DNA of 64,000 nt from an uncultured Solirubrobacterales bacterium (GTDB taxonomy: Bacteria > Actinomycetota > Thermoleophilia > Solirubrobacterales > Solirubrobacteraceae), in the NCBI GenBank assembly GCA_963723675.1, contig CAVRRW010000007.1:134527-198526 (forward strand). Direction: 5' to 3'. Below the pieces are notes generated by a model that made no database searches, was not told the DNA's origin, and worked only from the letters and a program-made list of their open reading frames with translations. Both the position numbers and the translations under genes were made by a program. How positions within the stretch are numbered: the stretch's first letter is position 1; every line of letters begins with the position of its first letter. Positions 9,905 to 18,826 of this stretch are shown piece after piece.

Positions 9905-10768
9905 TCAGCGCATGGCGAGCGACGGACTGGATCCGGCCTCGACCGGACATCTCGGATCATTACCCCACTCGGCCCAGGAGCCGTCGTATACGCGAACGTT
10001 GCGATAGCCGGCAAGCGAGAGCGCGAACGCAGTATGCGCGGCACGCACCCCGCCCTGGCAGTAAGTGACGATCTCGTCCTCAGGATGTAGCCCCGCAGCC
10101 TGCGCCCGCGCACCGATCGCGGCTGCGGAGCGCAGCGTGTGGTCGCTGCACACGTTGCCGTCCCAAGGCAGCAACAAGGCACCGGGGATGTGACCGCCAC
10201 GCGCCGCCCGGCGCTCGTCGCCGGCGAACTCGGCGGGGGCCCGCACGTCGACGATCTGCAGCAGGGGATCTCCGAGACGCGAACGAATTTCCTCGCGTCC
10301 GACGATTGCCGGGCTATCGGCGTCAACGTTGGGATGAAAGGCCCTCGCTGCCGGTCGCATCGTGTCTGTCAGGAGGGGACGCTCCTCCGCGATCCATTTC
10401 GCGATTCCGCCGTCCAGAAGCGCGACGTGCGAGTGTCCAAACACGCTCAGCACATGCCAGAGCCGCGAGGCGTACAGATTGGCGGTGTCGGCATATCCGA
10501 CGACGATCGTCTGGTCCTCGATTCCGAGTCGCCCCAGCTTCTCCCGTGCCTGTTCAGGGGTCGGCAGGAACGTGGTCACGCTGGTGTCGGCGGCGCAGAG
10601 GTCCTCCAACCAATAGACGTGGATCGCGTGGGGAAGGTGACCAGCGAGGTAGGCCGCCCTAGATGCCTCCGCCGACCCCGCGAAGCGACAGTCGCACAAG
10701 AGCAGCCGCTCGTCGTCCAGGTGATCAGACAGCCAGGCGGTATCGACCAGCGGCGAGTAAGGCTGCAT
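9905..10768 (-). CDS. Tandem-domain rhodanese (thiosulfate/3-mercaptopyruvate sulfurtransferase)
   Basis: GHLPHAI, LLDGGIAKW, GHIPGA, active-site YCQGGVRAA and the C-terminal signature YDGSWAEW. Confidence 0.92.
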   Translation of the reverse strand: MQPYSPLVDTAWLSDHLDDERLLLCDCRFAGSAEASRAAYLAGHLPHAIHVYWLEDLCAADTSVTTFLPTPEQAREKLGRLGIEDQTIVVGYADTANLYASRLWHVLSVFGHSHVALLDGGIAKWIAEERPLLTDTMRPAARAFHPNVDADSPAIVGREEIRSRLGDPLLQIVDVRAPAEFAGDERRAARGGHIPGALLLPWDGNVCSDHTLRSAAAIGARAQAAGLHPEDEIVTYCQGGVRAAHTAFALSLAGYRNVRVYDGSWAEWGNDPRCPVEAGSSPSLAMR

Positions 10769-10810
10769 GAGAGCTCCTTTGAGTTGGGCCGGCTGGTCGC
10801 GGGGCGTGGG

Positions 10811-10972
10811 CTATTCGACGATCTCGACCCAGTCGGCGATGTCGTCTCGCTGGAGCTGGTCGAGGAGCTGCGGATGGTCGCTACGCAGATGATCTTGGAT
10901 CAGGTCCACGACCTCATCCTCGTCCTCACCGCGAGCGACATACCCACATTCACACGTGATCTGCCTGACCAT
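10811..10972 (-). CDS. DUF1059-like small metal-binding protein (53 aa)
   Basis: Hand translation MVRQITCECGYVARGEDEDEVVDLIQDHLRSDHPQLLDQLQRDDIADWVEIVE*, with a CxC...HxxxxH pattern. Below the ORF-track length cutoff. Confidence 0.8.
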   Translation of the reverse strand: MVRQITCECGYVARGEDEDEVVDLIQDHLRSDHPQLLDQLQRDDIADWVEIVE

Positions 10973-11039
10973 GATCTTCTTGGAAGGGATTGTTCGCCAC
11001 CGGGGTTTCCTTTATGTTGGGCCAAACGTTGGAGGAAGG

Positions 11040-11819
11040 TTGGAGCGCACCGAACCTACCACGGTGCAACTGTGCGGAAAGGTCGTTCTTGAGCTGCGCG
11101 GCCGCCGTATCGAGCCGCTGCTCCCCAGCCGCCAGGGTCTAGTCCTGTTCGCCTACCTCGCGCTGAACCGCACGCGCGCCACCGGGCGCGACGAGCTCAT
11201 CGACGCGCTCTGGTGCGACGCCATCCCAGCCAACGCCGCAAACGCGCTTACCGCGCTGCTGTCGAAGCTCCGCGCCGTCCTCGGTACCGATGTCCTCGCG
11301 GGGCGCAGCAGCATCCAGCTCATGCTTCCCATCGACGCCCGTGTCGACGTCGAGCACGCGCTCGCCGCCGTGCATCGCGCCGAGTCCGCGGTGGCGCTTG
11401 GATCCTGGGCACGGGGTTGGAGCGCCGCGCTCAGCGCCCAGTTCATCGCAGCCCGCCCACTCCTACAGGGCTGCGATCGTCCGTGGATCGATGCGTGGCG
11501 ACGCCGGCTTGACGACACGCTCGAGCGCGCGCTCGAGGCCTACGCCGCTGCCTGCCTCGGTCTGGGAGGCACCGAGCTCCACGCGGCCGAGCGCGCTGCT
11601 CGCCGCTTACTCGAGCGCAGCCCGCTACGCGAGACCGGTTACCACCTGCTCATGCAGTCACTCGCCGCTCGAGGCAACGTCGCCGAGGCACTGGTGGTCT
11701 ATGAGCAGGCCCGCACAGTCCTGCGCGACCAACTCGGTACGACACCCGGCCCCGGAATTCAGGCCCTGCATAGCGAACTGCTCCACAACCGCGCACCGAT
11801 CGTCCATCCGGCGCCCTAA
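11040..11819 (+). CDS. AfsR/SARP-type transcriptional activator (winged HTH + BTAD, no ATPase)
   Basis: GGAGG RBS at 11031-11035 before TTG 11040; ELIDALW, ALTALLSKLR, PLRETGYHLLMQSLAARGNVAEAL. Confidence 0.85.
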   Translation: MERTEPTTVQLCGKVVLELRGRRIEPLLPSRQGLVLFAYLALNRTRATGRDELIDALWCDAIPANAANALTALLSKLRAVLGTDVLAGRSSIQLMLPIDARVDVEHALAAVHRAESAVALGSWARGWSAALSAQFIAARPLLQGCDRPWIDAWRRRLDDTLERALEAYAAACLGLGGTELHAAERAARRLLERSPLRETGYHLLMQSLAARGNVAEALVVYEQARTVLRDQLGTTPGPGIQALHSELLHNRAPIVHPAP

Positions 11820-11856
11820 CGCACCGGTGGCCGGGCACAGCCACGAAGCAACGGGC

Positions 11857-12537
11857 TCACCCGCTGAAGCCGCAGCGCGCCTCGCGGCGGAGCCGGTCGA
11901 GGCCGTCGAGGATGAGGTCGAGCCCCCATGCGAACTCGAGGGCGTTGTCGTATCGGGAGTGGGGGAGCTTCGTCACGATCTCGGTGAGATACGGGTAGTC
12001 GTCGAGGGCGCCGATCGTCTGCGCCCTTCTTTGCGCAGCTTCTCCGGCGCTTTCGGGGGTCTCGAATCCGAGATCCTGCTCCTGCAGGGCGAACCCGTAG
12101 ATGTAGGCGTCCTGGACGGAGTAGGCGTGGATCGCCGTTTCGAACGAGAAGCCGGCCTCGCGCAGGCAGCCCATCACGGCGTTGTGGTTTCGCAGGTTCG
12201 CCGGCCCCGGGTGCCGCGACTCCATCAGCCCGATCGCCCAACTGTGGCGCCTCAGCGTCTCGCGCGCCGATATCGCCCGGCGGCGCATTGCTGACCTCCA
12301 GTCGAGACCACCAGAGGGAGATTCGATCTCGCCAAAGACGACGTCGACCATGCCATCGAGGAGCTCGTCCTTGTTGGCGACGTGCTTGTAGAGCGCCATC
12401 GGCACGACGCCGAGCTCCTGCGCGAGCCCGCGCATGCTGAACGCCTCGAGCCCGATCTCGTCGGCGAGCGCGACGGCAGCCTGCAGCACGCGAGCTTTGC
12501 TCAGCGGTGTCCGAGTGGTGTCGGTCTGTTGCGTCAT
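11857..12537 (-). CDS. TetR/AcrR family regulator (TetR-class C-terminal domain)
   Basis: LSKARVLQAAVALAD..FSMRGLAQELGVVPMALYKHVANKDELL. Confidence 0.92.
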   Translation of the reverse strand: MTQQTDTTRTPLSKARVLQAAVALADEIGLEAFSMRGLAQELGVVPMALYKHVANKDELLDGMVDVVFGEIESPSGGLDWRSAMRRRAISARETLRRHSWAIGLMESRHPGPANLRNHNAVMGCLREAGFSFETAIHAYSVQDAYIYGFALQEQDLGFETPESAGEAAQRRAQTIGALDDYPYLTEIVTKLPHSRYDNALEFAWGLDLILDGLDRLRREARCGFSG

Positions 12538-12543
12538 TTAGGC

Positions 12544-12572
12544 TTGACAAGTGTACAGCGTACACCTATGCT
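12544..12572 (+). promoter_or_regulatory. Housekeeping-sigma promoter of the DUF4389 gene
   Basis: TTGACA (12544-12549), a 17-bp spacer, then TATGCT (12567-12572). Confidence 0.8.
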
Positions 12573-12599
12573 TTCACGATCAGAGTGTACGCCGTACAC
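12551..12599. promoter_or_regulatory. Twin TetR operators GTGTAC-N3-GTACAC
   Basis: Perfect inverted repeats at 12551-12565 and 12585-12599, between the divergent tetR and DUF4389 genes. Confidence 0.8.
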
Positions 12600-12627
12600 C
12601 TGAGACGGACCGACAGAAAGGCATCTC

Positions 12628-13293
12628 ATGGAGCAGTCGTATCCCCCCCAGCCGCCGGCGCAGCCGCCGGGCCCGGGCGCCTATCCCGTCCAGTACGCGG
12701 TCGACTACCCAGACCGGCCGCTGAACCGCCTGAGCACGTTCTTTCGCCTGTTGGTCATCATCCCGATCGCGATCGTGCTCTCCCTGGTGGAGGGCGGCAC
12801 CTACGGCTACGAGGGAGGCCGGGCCGTCACGATCGCCGCCGCCGGCGGGCTGATCGTGCTGCCGACGCTGCTGATGATCCTGTTTCGCCAGAAGTACCCG
12901 CGCTGGTGGTTTGACTGGAACCTCGAGCTGATGCGGTTCTCCGCCCGGGTGGGCGTCTTCCTGGCGCTGATGGACGACCGCTATCCCTCCACCGACGAGC
13001 ACCAGGCGGTGCATCTGGACTTCCCCTATCCGGACGCGCGCAACGACCTCAACCGCTGGCTGCCGCTGGTCAAGTGGCTGCTGGCGATCCCGCACTACGT
13101 GGCGCTGTTCTTCCTCTACATCGCGGCGTTGTTCGTCGTGATCGTGGCCTGGTTCGTGATCCTGTTCACCGGTCGCTTCCCACGCGCGATGTTCGACTTC
13201 CTCGTCGGCATCGGCCGCTGGACCAACCGGGTGATCGCCTACGCCCACGTGCTGGTAACCGATCGCTACCCGCCCTTCCGCCTCGCCCCGTAG
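12628..13293 (+). CDS. DUF4389-family membrane protein
   Basis: Two repeated units (LNRL..FFRLLVIIP / LNRWLPLVKWLLAIPHY; ILFRQKYPR / ILFTGRFPR; DRYPPF). Confidence 0.85.
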   Translation: MEQSYPPQPPAQPPGPGAYPVQYAVDYPDRPLNRLSTFFRLLVIIPIAIVLSLVEGGTYGYEGGRAVTIAAAGGLIVLPTLLMILFRQKYPRWWFDWNLELMRFSARVGVFLALMDDRYPSTDEHQAVHLDFPYPDARNDLNRWLPLVKWLLAIPHYVALFFLYIAALFVVIVAWFVILFTGRFPRAMFDFLVGIGRWTNRVIAYAHVLVTDRYPPFRLAP

Positions 13294-13477
13294 ATCCCCG
13301 GGGCGCACGCTGGGAGCCGACGGCCGAAGATTTCGCCCGGTCGGATTACGCAGACCAACCGATCTCTAAATGAGTCGCGCCCCGCAACCGGCGGGGAGTT
13401 GAAGGCCGGTCTCGCGGGGCGCGCTCGAGGGAGGAGAGGGTGTTGCCTGCACATCGTTGCGCGTCGGGCTTCAGAAG

Positions 13478-13521
13478 TCCAAGACGAGTATTGTCTTGGA
13501 TCCATAGGTTGAGCTTATGGA
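13478..13521. promoter_or_regulatory. Candidate LysR binding region
   Basis: TCCAAGAC-N7-GTCTTGGA (13478-13500), and TCCATA-N9-TATGGA (13501-13521) which contains T-N11-A and overlaps the lysR ATG. Confidence 0.55.
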
Positions 13522-14413
13522 TATTCGGCAGCTTCGATATCTGATCGCGCTCGCTGACGAGCGGCACTTCACTCGCGCGGCCGAACGAGAGCACATCGCG
13601 CAGCCGGCACTTTCGCAGCAGATCCGCCGGCTCGAGGAGGAGGTCGGGATCGCGCTGGTCGAGCGGACTACCCGCCGCGTTGCGATGACCGAGGCCGGCG
13701 AGCTGCTCGTGGGACGGGCCCGGCGGATCCTGTCCGAGCTCGACGCCGCCGAATCAGAGCTGCAGGGGCTGCGTGGGATTCAGGCCGGTCACGTGTCGGT
13801 CGGAGCGATGCATACGATGGGTCCGGTCGACGTCTCGCTGGCGCTGGCGATCTTCCACGAGCGCCATCCGGGCGTCGAGTTGACCGTTCGCGAGCAATCC
13901 AGCGAGGAGCTCGCAGAGATGCTCCGCGACGACGTGCTCGACCTCGCGTTCCTGTCGGTAACCGAGCGGATCGAGAGTCACGGCCTCGGCCTGCAGCTGC
14001 TGCTGTCGGAGGAGCTGGTCGTGATCCTGCCGCCGGCGCACCCGCTCGCACAACACTCCGGCGTGCGCATGGCAGAGCTCGCGGGCGAGCAGTTCATCAG
14101 CTACCGCGAGGGCGCACGATTGCGCGAGCTCCTCAACCACGCCGCCCGCGAGGCCGACTTCGACCCCCAGGTGATGCTCGAGTCAAACGAGAGCCGGCGG
14201 ATCCGCCGGCTGGTGGCCCGCGGGATGGGAGTGGCGATCCTGCCGCGCTCCGACACCGAGGGGGCCGGCGCCGACGTGGCCGTCGTCGACTTGACCGATC
14301 CGGCGCTGACGCGCGATATCACCCTTGCCTGGCGCCAGGGACGCCAGCACACGCCGGCGGTGGCCGAGTTCATCGAGCTCTCGCGGACGCTGTTCACGGT
14401 CGGCGGCTCGTAG
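13517..14413 (+). CDS. LysR-family transcriptional regulator
   Basis: MDIRQLRY..HFTRAAEREHIAQPALSQQIRRLEEEVG. Confidence 0.95.
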   Translation: MDIRQLRYLIALADERHFTRAAEREHIAQPALSQQIRRLEEEVGIALVERTTRRVAMTEAGELLVGRARRILSELDAAESELQGLRGIQAGHVSVGAMHTMGPVDVSLALAIFHERHPGVELTVREQSSEELAEMLRDDVLDLAFLSVTERIESHGLGLQLLLSEELVVILPPAHPLAQHSGVRMAELAGEQFISYREGARLRELLNHAAREADFDPQVMLESNESRRIRRLVARGMGVAILPRSDTEGAGADVAVVDLTDPALTRDITLAWRQGRQHTPAVAEFIELSRTLFTVGGS

Positions 14414-14429
14414 CATCACAGGGGTGGGC

Positions 14430-15479
14430 ATGTTCTCCCTCGACAACCTCCCAGAGCCGATCGTCCAGGCGCCGCTGGCGGGTGGACCGTCGACCCCGGA
14501 GCTCGCGCTCGCGGTGTGCGAGGCCGGCGGCCTCGGCTTCGTCGCGGCCGGGTACAAGTCCGCCCAGGCGCTGCGCGAGCAGATCGAGACCATGCGGGCC
14601 GCAACCGAGCGGCCCTTCGGCGCCAACTTGTTCGTCCCGTCGCCCCAGCCGGCGGACCCCGCAGGGCTACGCGCGTACCTGCGGGAGCTCGAGCCGGAGG
14701 CGCGGCACCGAGGCGTGGAGCTCGGCGCTCCGCACTTTGACGACGACGACTGGGAGCAAAAGCTCGACGTCGTCTGCGATCAATCGGTCCCGGTCGTGTC
14801 GTTCACGTTCGGGTGCCCGCCGCCGGCGGTGGTGGACCGGCTCCACCGAGCGGAGATCTCGGTCTGGGTGACGATCACGAACGCACGGGAGGCCCGGCAG
14901 GCGCAGGAAGTGGGCGCCGACGCCCTCGTGGTGCAGGGGATCGAGGCCGGTGGTCACCGCGGCGGCTTTGTCGACGACGAGAGCGCCGGCGGCACCGGGC
15001 TGCTGGCGCTGCTGCGCGTTGTCGACGAAGCGGTGTCCCTGCCTCTTGTCGCAAGCGGCGGTATCGCCGACGGAGCGGCGGTCGCGGCCGTCCTGTGTGC
15101 CGGCGCGAGCGCCGCCCAGATCGGCACGGCGCTGATGCTGGCGCCGGAAGCGGGCACGAACGAGGCGCAGCGCGCCCTCGTGACCGAGCCGATCCCGACT
15201 CGCCTGACCCGAGCGTTCACGGGCCGCCTCGCGCGCGGGATCGTCAACCGGTTCCTCGAAGAGCACAGCTCGTCGGCTCCGATTGCCTATCCCGAAATCC
15301 ACCACGTGACCGCCCCGTTGCGCGCGGCGGCCCGGCGTGAGGGGGACGCCGGCGGATTCAACCTCTGGGCCGGGGAAGCGCACGAGCTGGCCCGAGCGCT
15401 GCCGGCGGGCGAGATCGTGCGCACCATGGGAGCGGACGCTCGGCGGGTGTTGCGCGAGCTCGGCGAGCGGTACACGTGA
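14430..15479 (+). CDS. Nitronate monooxygenase family flavoprotein
   Basis: PIVQAPLAGG, VQGIEAGGHRG, ASGGIADG, AQIGTA, TRAFTGRLARG. Confidence 0.9.
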   Translation: MFSLDNLPEPIVQAPLAGGPSTPELALAVCEAGGLGFVAAGYKSAQALREQIETMRAATERPFGANLFVPSPQPADPAGLRAYLRELEPEARHRGVELGAPHFDDDDWEQKLDVVCDQSVPVVSFTFGCPPPAVVDRLHRAEISVWVTITNAREARQAQEVGADALVVQGIEAGGHRGGFVDDESAGGTGLLALLRVVDEAVSLPLVASGGIADGAAVAAVLCAGASAAQIGTALMLAPEAGTNEAQRALVTEPIPTRLTRAFTGRLARGIVNRFLEEHSSSAPIAYPEIHHVTAPLRAAARREGDAGGFNLWAGEAHELARALPAGEIVRTMGADARRVLRELGERYT

Positions 15480-15500
15480 GCGGCCGGTAGAACTACCCGC

Positions 15501-16457
15501 ATGTCCGACGCCGAGTTGGTGCTCCGCGGTGCCAGGCGGCCGTTGGTGATCGGGATGGGCGGCGGCGGGGATGTCGTCGGCGCGCTCGCGACCGCCGAGT
15601 TCGCCCGCATCTACGACGGCGCCCACCCGATCCTCGGGGGTGTGACCTGGGAGCGCCGGCCGATCGACCCGGTGCCGGGACCGCGGGCGGCCGATGAGAT
15701 CGACGATGCCCTCGAGCTCGCGCCCGGGATCCTGCTCGCCGGACCGCGGACTCGGGTCCGCGATCGCGACGTGTTCTTCGCCGAGTCGAGGATGTCGGAG
15801 TTCCTGGGCGAGCCGACGGTGCTGATCGACATCCGCGCCGGCGCGGGCGCCGTGGCGGACGGCCTCGCGCGGGCGGTCCGCCGGCTCGAGGCCGACCTGA
15901 TCGTGTTCGTCGATGTCGGCGGCGACCTGCTGGCCCGGGGCGATGAGGCGGGACTGAGGAGTCCGCTGTGTGACGCACTGATGCTCGCGGCGGCGTCGCG
16001 ACTGGACGATCGCGGTTACCCGGTGCTCGCCGCGATCTTCGGGATCGGCTGTGACGCAGAGCTTTCGCCGGCCGAAGTGCTCGCGCGGATGTCGAACGTC
16101 GCGACCGCCGGCGGATTGCGGGGCGCGCGCGGCCTGACCGAACCGGTGGTGGAGCGACTCGAGGGGGCGATGGAGCTCGTACCGACCGAGGCCAGCGCTC
16201 AGGCCGTGCGCGCGTTCCGGGGAGCCTCGGGCACCGCCGTGATCAGAGGTGGAACGCGGACGCTCGAGCTGACTCCCGCCGCGGCCCTGACGTTCTATCT
16301 CGACGTCCCCGTGACGTACCGCGAGGCCGGGCGGCTGGCTCGCGCGCTGGTGGACGCGCCGAGCCTGGAGCTGGCAAATCACGCACTGAACTCGCTGGGG
16401 GTGAGGACCGAGCTGGACTTGGAGCTCGAGGCCGCGGGGCAGACTGCCAGGCCGTGA
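15501..16457 (+). CDS. DUF1152-family protein
   Basis: GMGGGGDV, VDVGGD.LARGDE..LRSPLCDA, GIGCDAEL, PTEAS. Confidence 0.8.
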   Translation: MSDAELVLRGARRPLVIGMGGGGDVVGALATAEFARIYDGAHPILGGVTWERRPIDPVPGPRAADEIDDALELAPGILLAGPRTRVRDRDVFFAESRMSEFLGEPTVLIDIRAGAGAVADGLARAVRRLEADLIVFVDVGGDLLARGDEAGLRSPLCDALMLAAASRLDDRGYPVLAAIFGIGCDAELSPAEVLARMSNVATAGGLRGARGLTEPVVERLEGAMELVPTEASAQAVRAFRGASGTAVIRGGTRTLELTPAAALTFYLDVPVTYREAGRLARALVDAPSLELANHALNSLGVRTELDLELEAAGQTARP

Positions 16458-16479
16458 GCTCGACGCCGCGGGCGCGCAC

Positions 16480-16650
16480 GGCTAGACCCGTGGGCCAGAG
16501 GCGGCCAGACCCGTGGGCCAGAGGCGGCTAGGCCGTGGACCAGAGGCGGCTAGACCCATGGGCCAGAGGCGGCTAGACCCATGGGCCAGAGGCGGCTAGA
16601 CCCGTGGGCCAGAGGCGGCTAGACCGTGGGCCAGAGGGGGCTAGACCGTG
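16480..16650. repeat. Tandem repeat, 22-23 bp unit (GGCTAGACCCGTGGGCCAGAGGC), about 7.5 copies
   Basis: Read directly. The last partial copy contains the stop codon of the convergent dehydrogenase gene. Confidence 0.95.
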
Positions 16651-17606
16651 AAGGCGATCTTGCCTACCACCTCGCCGCCGAGCATCGCCTCGAATCCATC
16701 GCGGGCGTCGGCCAGCGCCATCGTGCTGTGAATCACCGGGCGCACGTCCCGGTCCAGGCAAAGGCGTATCAGTCGCTCGAGCTCGTCGCGGGTGCCCATC
16801 GTCGACCCGATGACCGACAGCTGCAGGAAGAAGATCCGGTTCAGCTGCGCCGGCGAGGGGTCTCCGGTGGTCGCGCCGCAGACGACCAGTGTGCCGCCGG
16901 GCTTGAGCGATCGCACCGAGTGCTCCCAGGTCGCCTGACCGGTCGTCTCCATCACCGCATCGACGCGCTCGGGCACGCGCGCGCCCGATTCGAACACCTG
17001 GTCGGCGCCGAGCTCGAGCGCATGCGCGCGCTTCTCCTCCGAGCGCCCCGTGACCCACACGCGGATGCCGGTGGCGCTTGCGAGCACGGTCAGGGCCGTC
17101 GCGACGCCGCCGCTGGCGCCCTGGACGAGGATCGTGGCACCTGGGACCACGCGCCCCCGCGTGAACAGCATCCGGTAGGCGGTCAGCCACGCGGTCGGAA
17201 GGCACGCCGCCTGTTCGAAGGAGATCTCCGCCGGCTTGGAAACGAGGTTTCGCCGCGGCACGGCGACCCCCTCGGCGAATGTGCCCTGGTAGCGCTCGGA
17301 CAGGAGCGAGCGGCGCGGGTCGAAGGTCTCGTCGCCTCGCCAGCTGTCGCTGGCGATCACCGCGTGGACGACGACCTCGTTGCCGTCCTCATCGAGGCCG
17401 GCGGCGTCGCAGCCGAGGATCATCGGCAGCCGGTCGCGCGGAAGGCCGACCCCCCGCAACGACCAGAGGTCGTGATAGTTCAGCGACGCGGCCTTGACGG
17501 ACACCGTGGTCCAGCCGTCGGGGACGGAGGGCTCGGGGCGATCGCCGATGACGAGTCCGCTTAGGGGGTTTTTGGGATCGATGTCGGAGGCAAATGCTGC
17601 GAGCAT
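16641..17606 (-). CDS. Zinc-binding/MDR-family oxidoreductase
   Basis: Start MLAAFAS at 17606; ASLNYHD, ILGCDAAG, CLPTAWLTAYRML, QGASGGVA, GSTMGT. Confidence 0.9.
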   Translation of the reverse strand: MLAAFASDIDPKNPLSGLVIGDRPEPSVPDGWTTVSVKAASLNYHDLWSLRGVGLPRDRLPMILGCDAAGLDEDGNEVVVHAVIASDSWRGDETFDPRRSLLSERYQGTFAEGVAVPRRNLVSKPAEISFEQAACLPTAWLTAYRMLFTRGRVVPGATILVQGASGGVATALTVLASATGIRVWVTGRSEEKRAHALELGADQVFESGARVPERVDAVMETTGQATWEHSVRSLKPGGTLVVCGATTGDPSPAQLNRIFFLQLSVIGSTMGTRDELERLIRLCLDRDVRPVIHSTMALADARDGFEAMLGGEVVGKIAFTV

Positions 17607-17839
17607 CGGCGCATGATGACGGACCAGGCACGCCGAGGGGCTCGCGCTGACCGAGCGCCTGTGCGCGCCGGACGCGGTGGCCACGCATCGGCTCGGCGGC
17701 GGACGATCTCCCGCGTGGTACCGATACGGACGCGGCCGGCGTTCATCTGCGCGATGCCGGTCCGAATCGCGGCCGGCGATCACCTGCGCGATGGCCGATA
17801 CGAGCTGCGTCGATGCGGTCGCGTGAGCGCGATGCGAGA

Positions 17840-18310
17840 ATGAGCTCGATGGCCAGGGTCAAGGTCTTTACAAACCGTGAAGTGAACGCGCCGGCGGACC
17901 GGGTGCTCGCGGTCCTGCGCGACTACCGCGCGGCACGTCCACGAATCCTCCCCAGCAACTACACCGCGTATCGCGTCGAGCAGGGCGGACAAGGGGACGG
18001 GACGGTGATCGCCTACCACTTCGCCGCAGGTGGCCGCGAACGCGACTACCGCCTCCGCGTCGAGGAGTCCGGCAGCGAGCTTCGCGAGCGCGACGAGTCG
18101 TCGTCGTTCGTCACCACCTGGAACGTCGCGCCCGCCGGGGCGGGCAGCACTGTGACCCTCGAGTCCTCGTGGGAGGGCGCCGGTGGAATCGGCGGCTTCT
18201 TCGAGCGGACGTTTGCGCCGATCGGGCTGCGCCGGATCTACGGCGAGATGCTCGACCGCCTTGCGGCGGCGGCTCAATCCGGACCGCCCCCGGCCGCCGA
18301 GTCAGCCTGA
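17840..18310 (+). CDS. SRPBCC/polyketide cyclase-like protein
   Basis: APADRVLAVLRDY...ILP, GGRERDYRL, GGFFERTFAP. Confidence 0.8.
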   Translation: MSSMARVKVFTNREVNAPADRVLAVLRDYRAARPRILPSNYTAYRVEQGGQGDGTVIAYHFAAGGRERDYRLRVEESGSELRERDESSSFVTTWNVAPAGAGSTVTLESSWEGAGGIGGFFERTFAPIGLRRIYGEMLDRLAAAAQSGPPPAAESA

Positions 18311-18465
18311 TCGCGGGCGGCTGCCAGGCCATGTCGGGCGTACGGCTTGGGTGCTGCGACGGGCGCATGTCGTTCAGCCTCAGCGCTCGCCGCGGAGAGA
18401 GTCCGACACCGCGATGGGGTTCATCGACCGGAAACATCCCAGCCGAGCCCTTCCTGAGGTCGCGC

Positions 18466-18536
18466 GGGACGTTGCCCCCTTCCTAGAACGGCAACGTCCC
18501 TGGCAAGGCTCAAGAAGCCTCGAGTGGGACGTTGCC
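18466..18536. repeat. REP-like palindromic element, copy 1
   Basis: GGGACGTTGCC(18466)-13 nt-GGCAACGTCCC(18490)-25 nt-GGGACGTTGCC(18526). The same motif and spacing recur at 46246-46352. Confidence 0.8.
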
Positions 18537-18568
18537 GAGTCCAGTTTCCGGTGCATTTGCCGCCGGGT

Positions 18569-18826
18569 TTGGGGTGTGGTCCGTGGCGGACGGGTTGGGC
18601 GCGGGGTGCGGTCCGCGGCGGACGGGTAGGGCGCGGGGTGCGGTCCGCGGCGGACGGGTTGGGCGCGGGGTGCGGTCCGCGGCGGACGGGTAGGGCGCGG
18701 GGTGCGGTCCGCGGCGGACGGGTAGGGCGGGGGGTGTGGTCCGCGGCGGACAGGTTGGGCGCGGGGTGCGGTCCGCGGCGGACGGGTTGGGCGCGGGGTG
18801 CGGTCCGCGGCGGACGGGTAGGCGCG
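18569..18826. repeat. G-rich minisatellite, 32 bp unit (GGGCGCGGGGTGCGGTCCGCGGCGGACGGGTW), about 8 copies
   Basis: Period measured from 18601 to 18633. Each unit holds a GTCCG-cgg-CGGAC hairpin and three G-runs. Confidence 0.95.

Noticed and set aside
16480-18826. Tandem repeats at 16480-16650 and 18569-18826 as CRISPR arrays
   Set aside because: The units are head-to-tail with no unique spacers.
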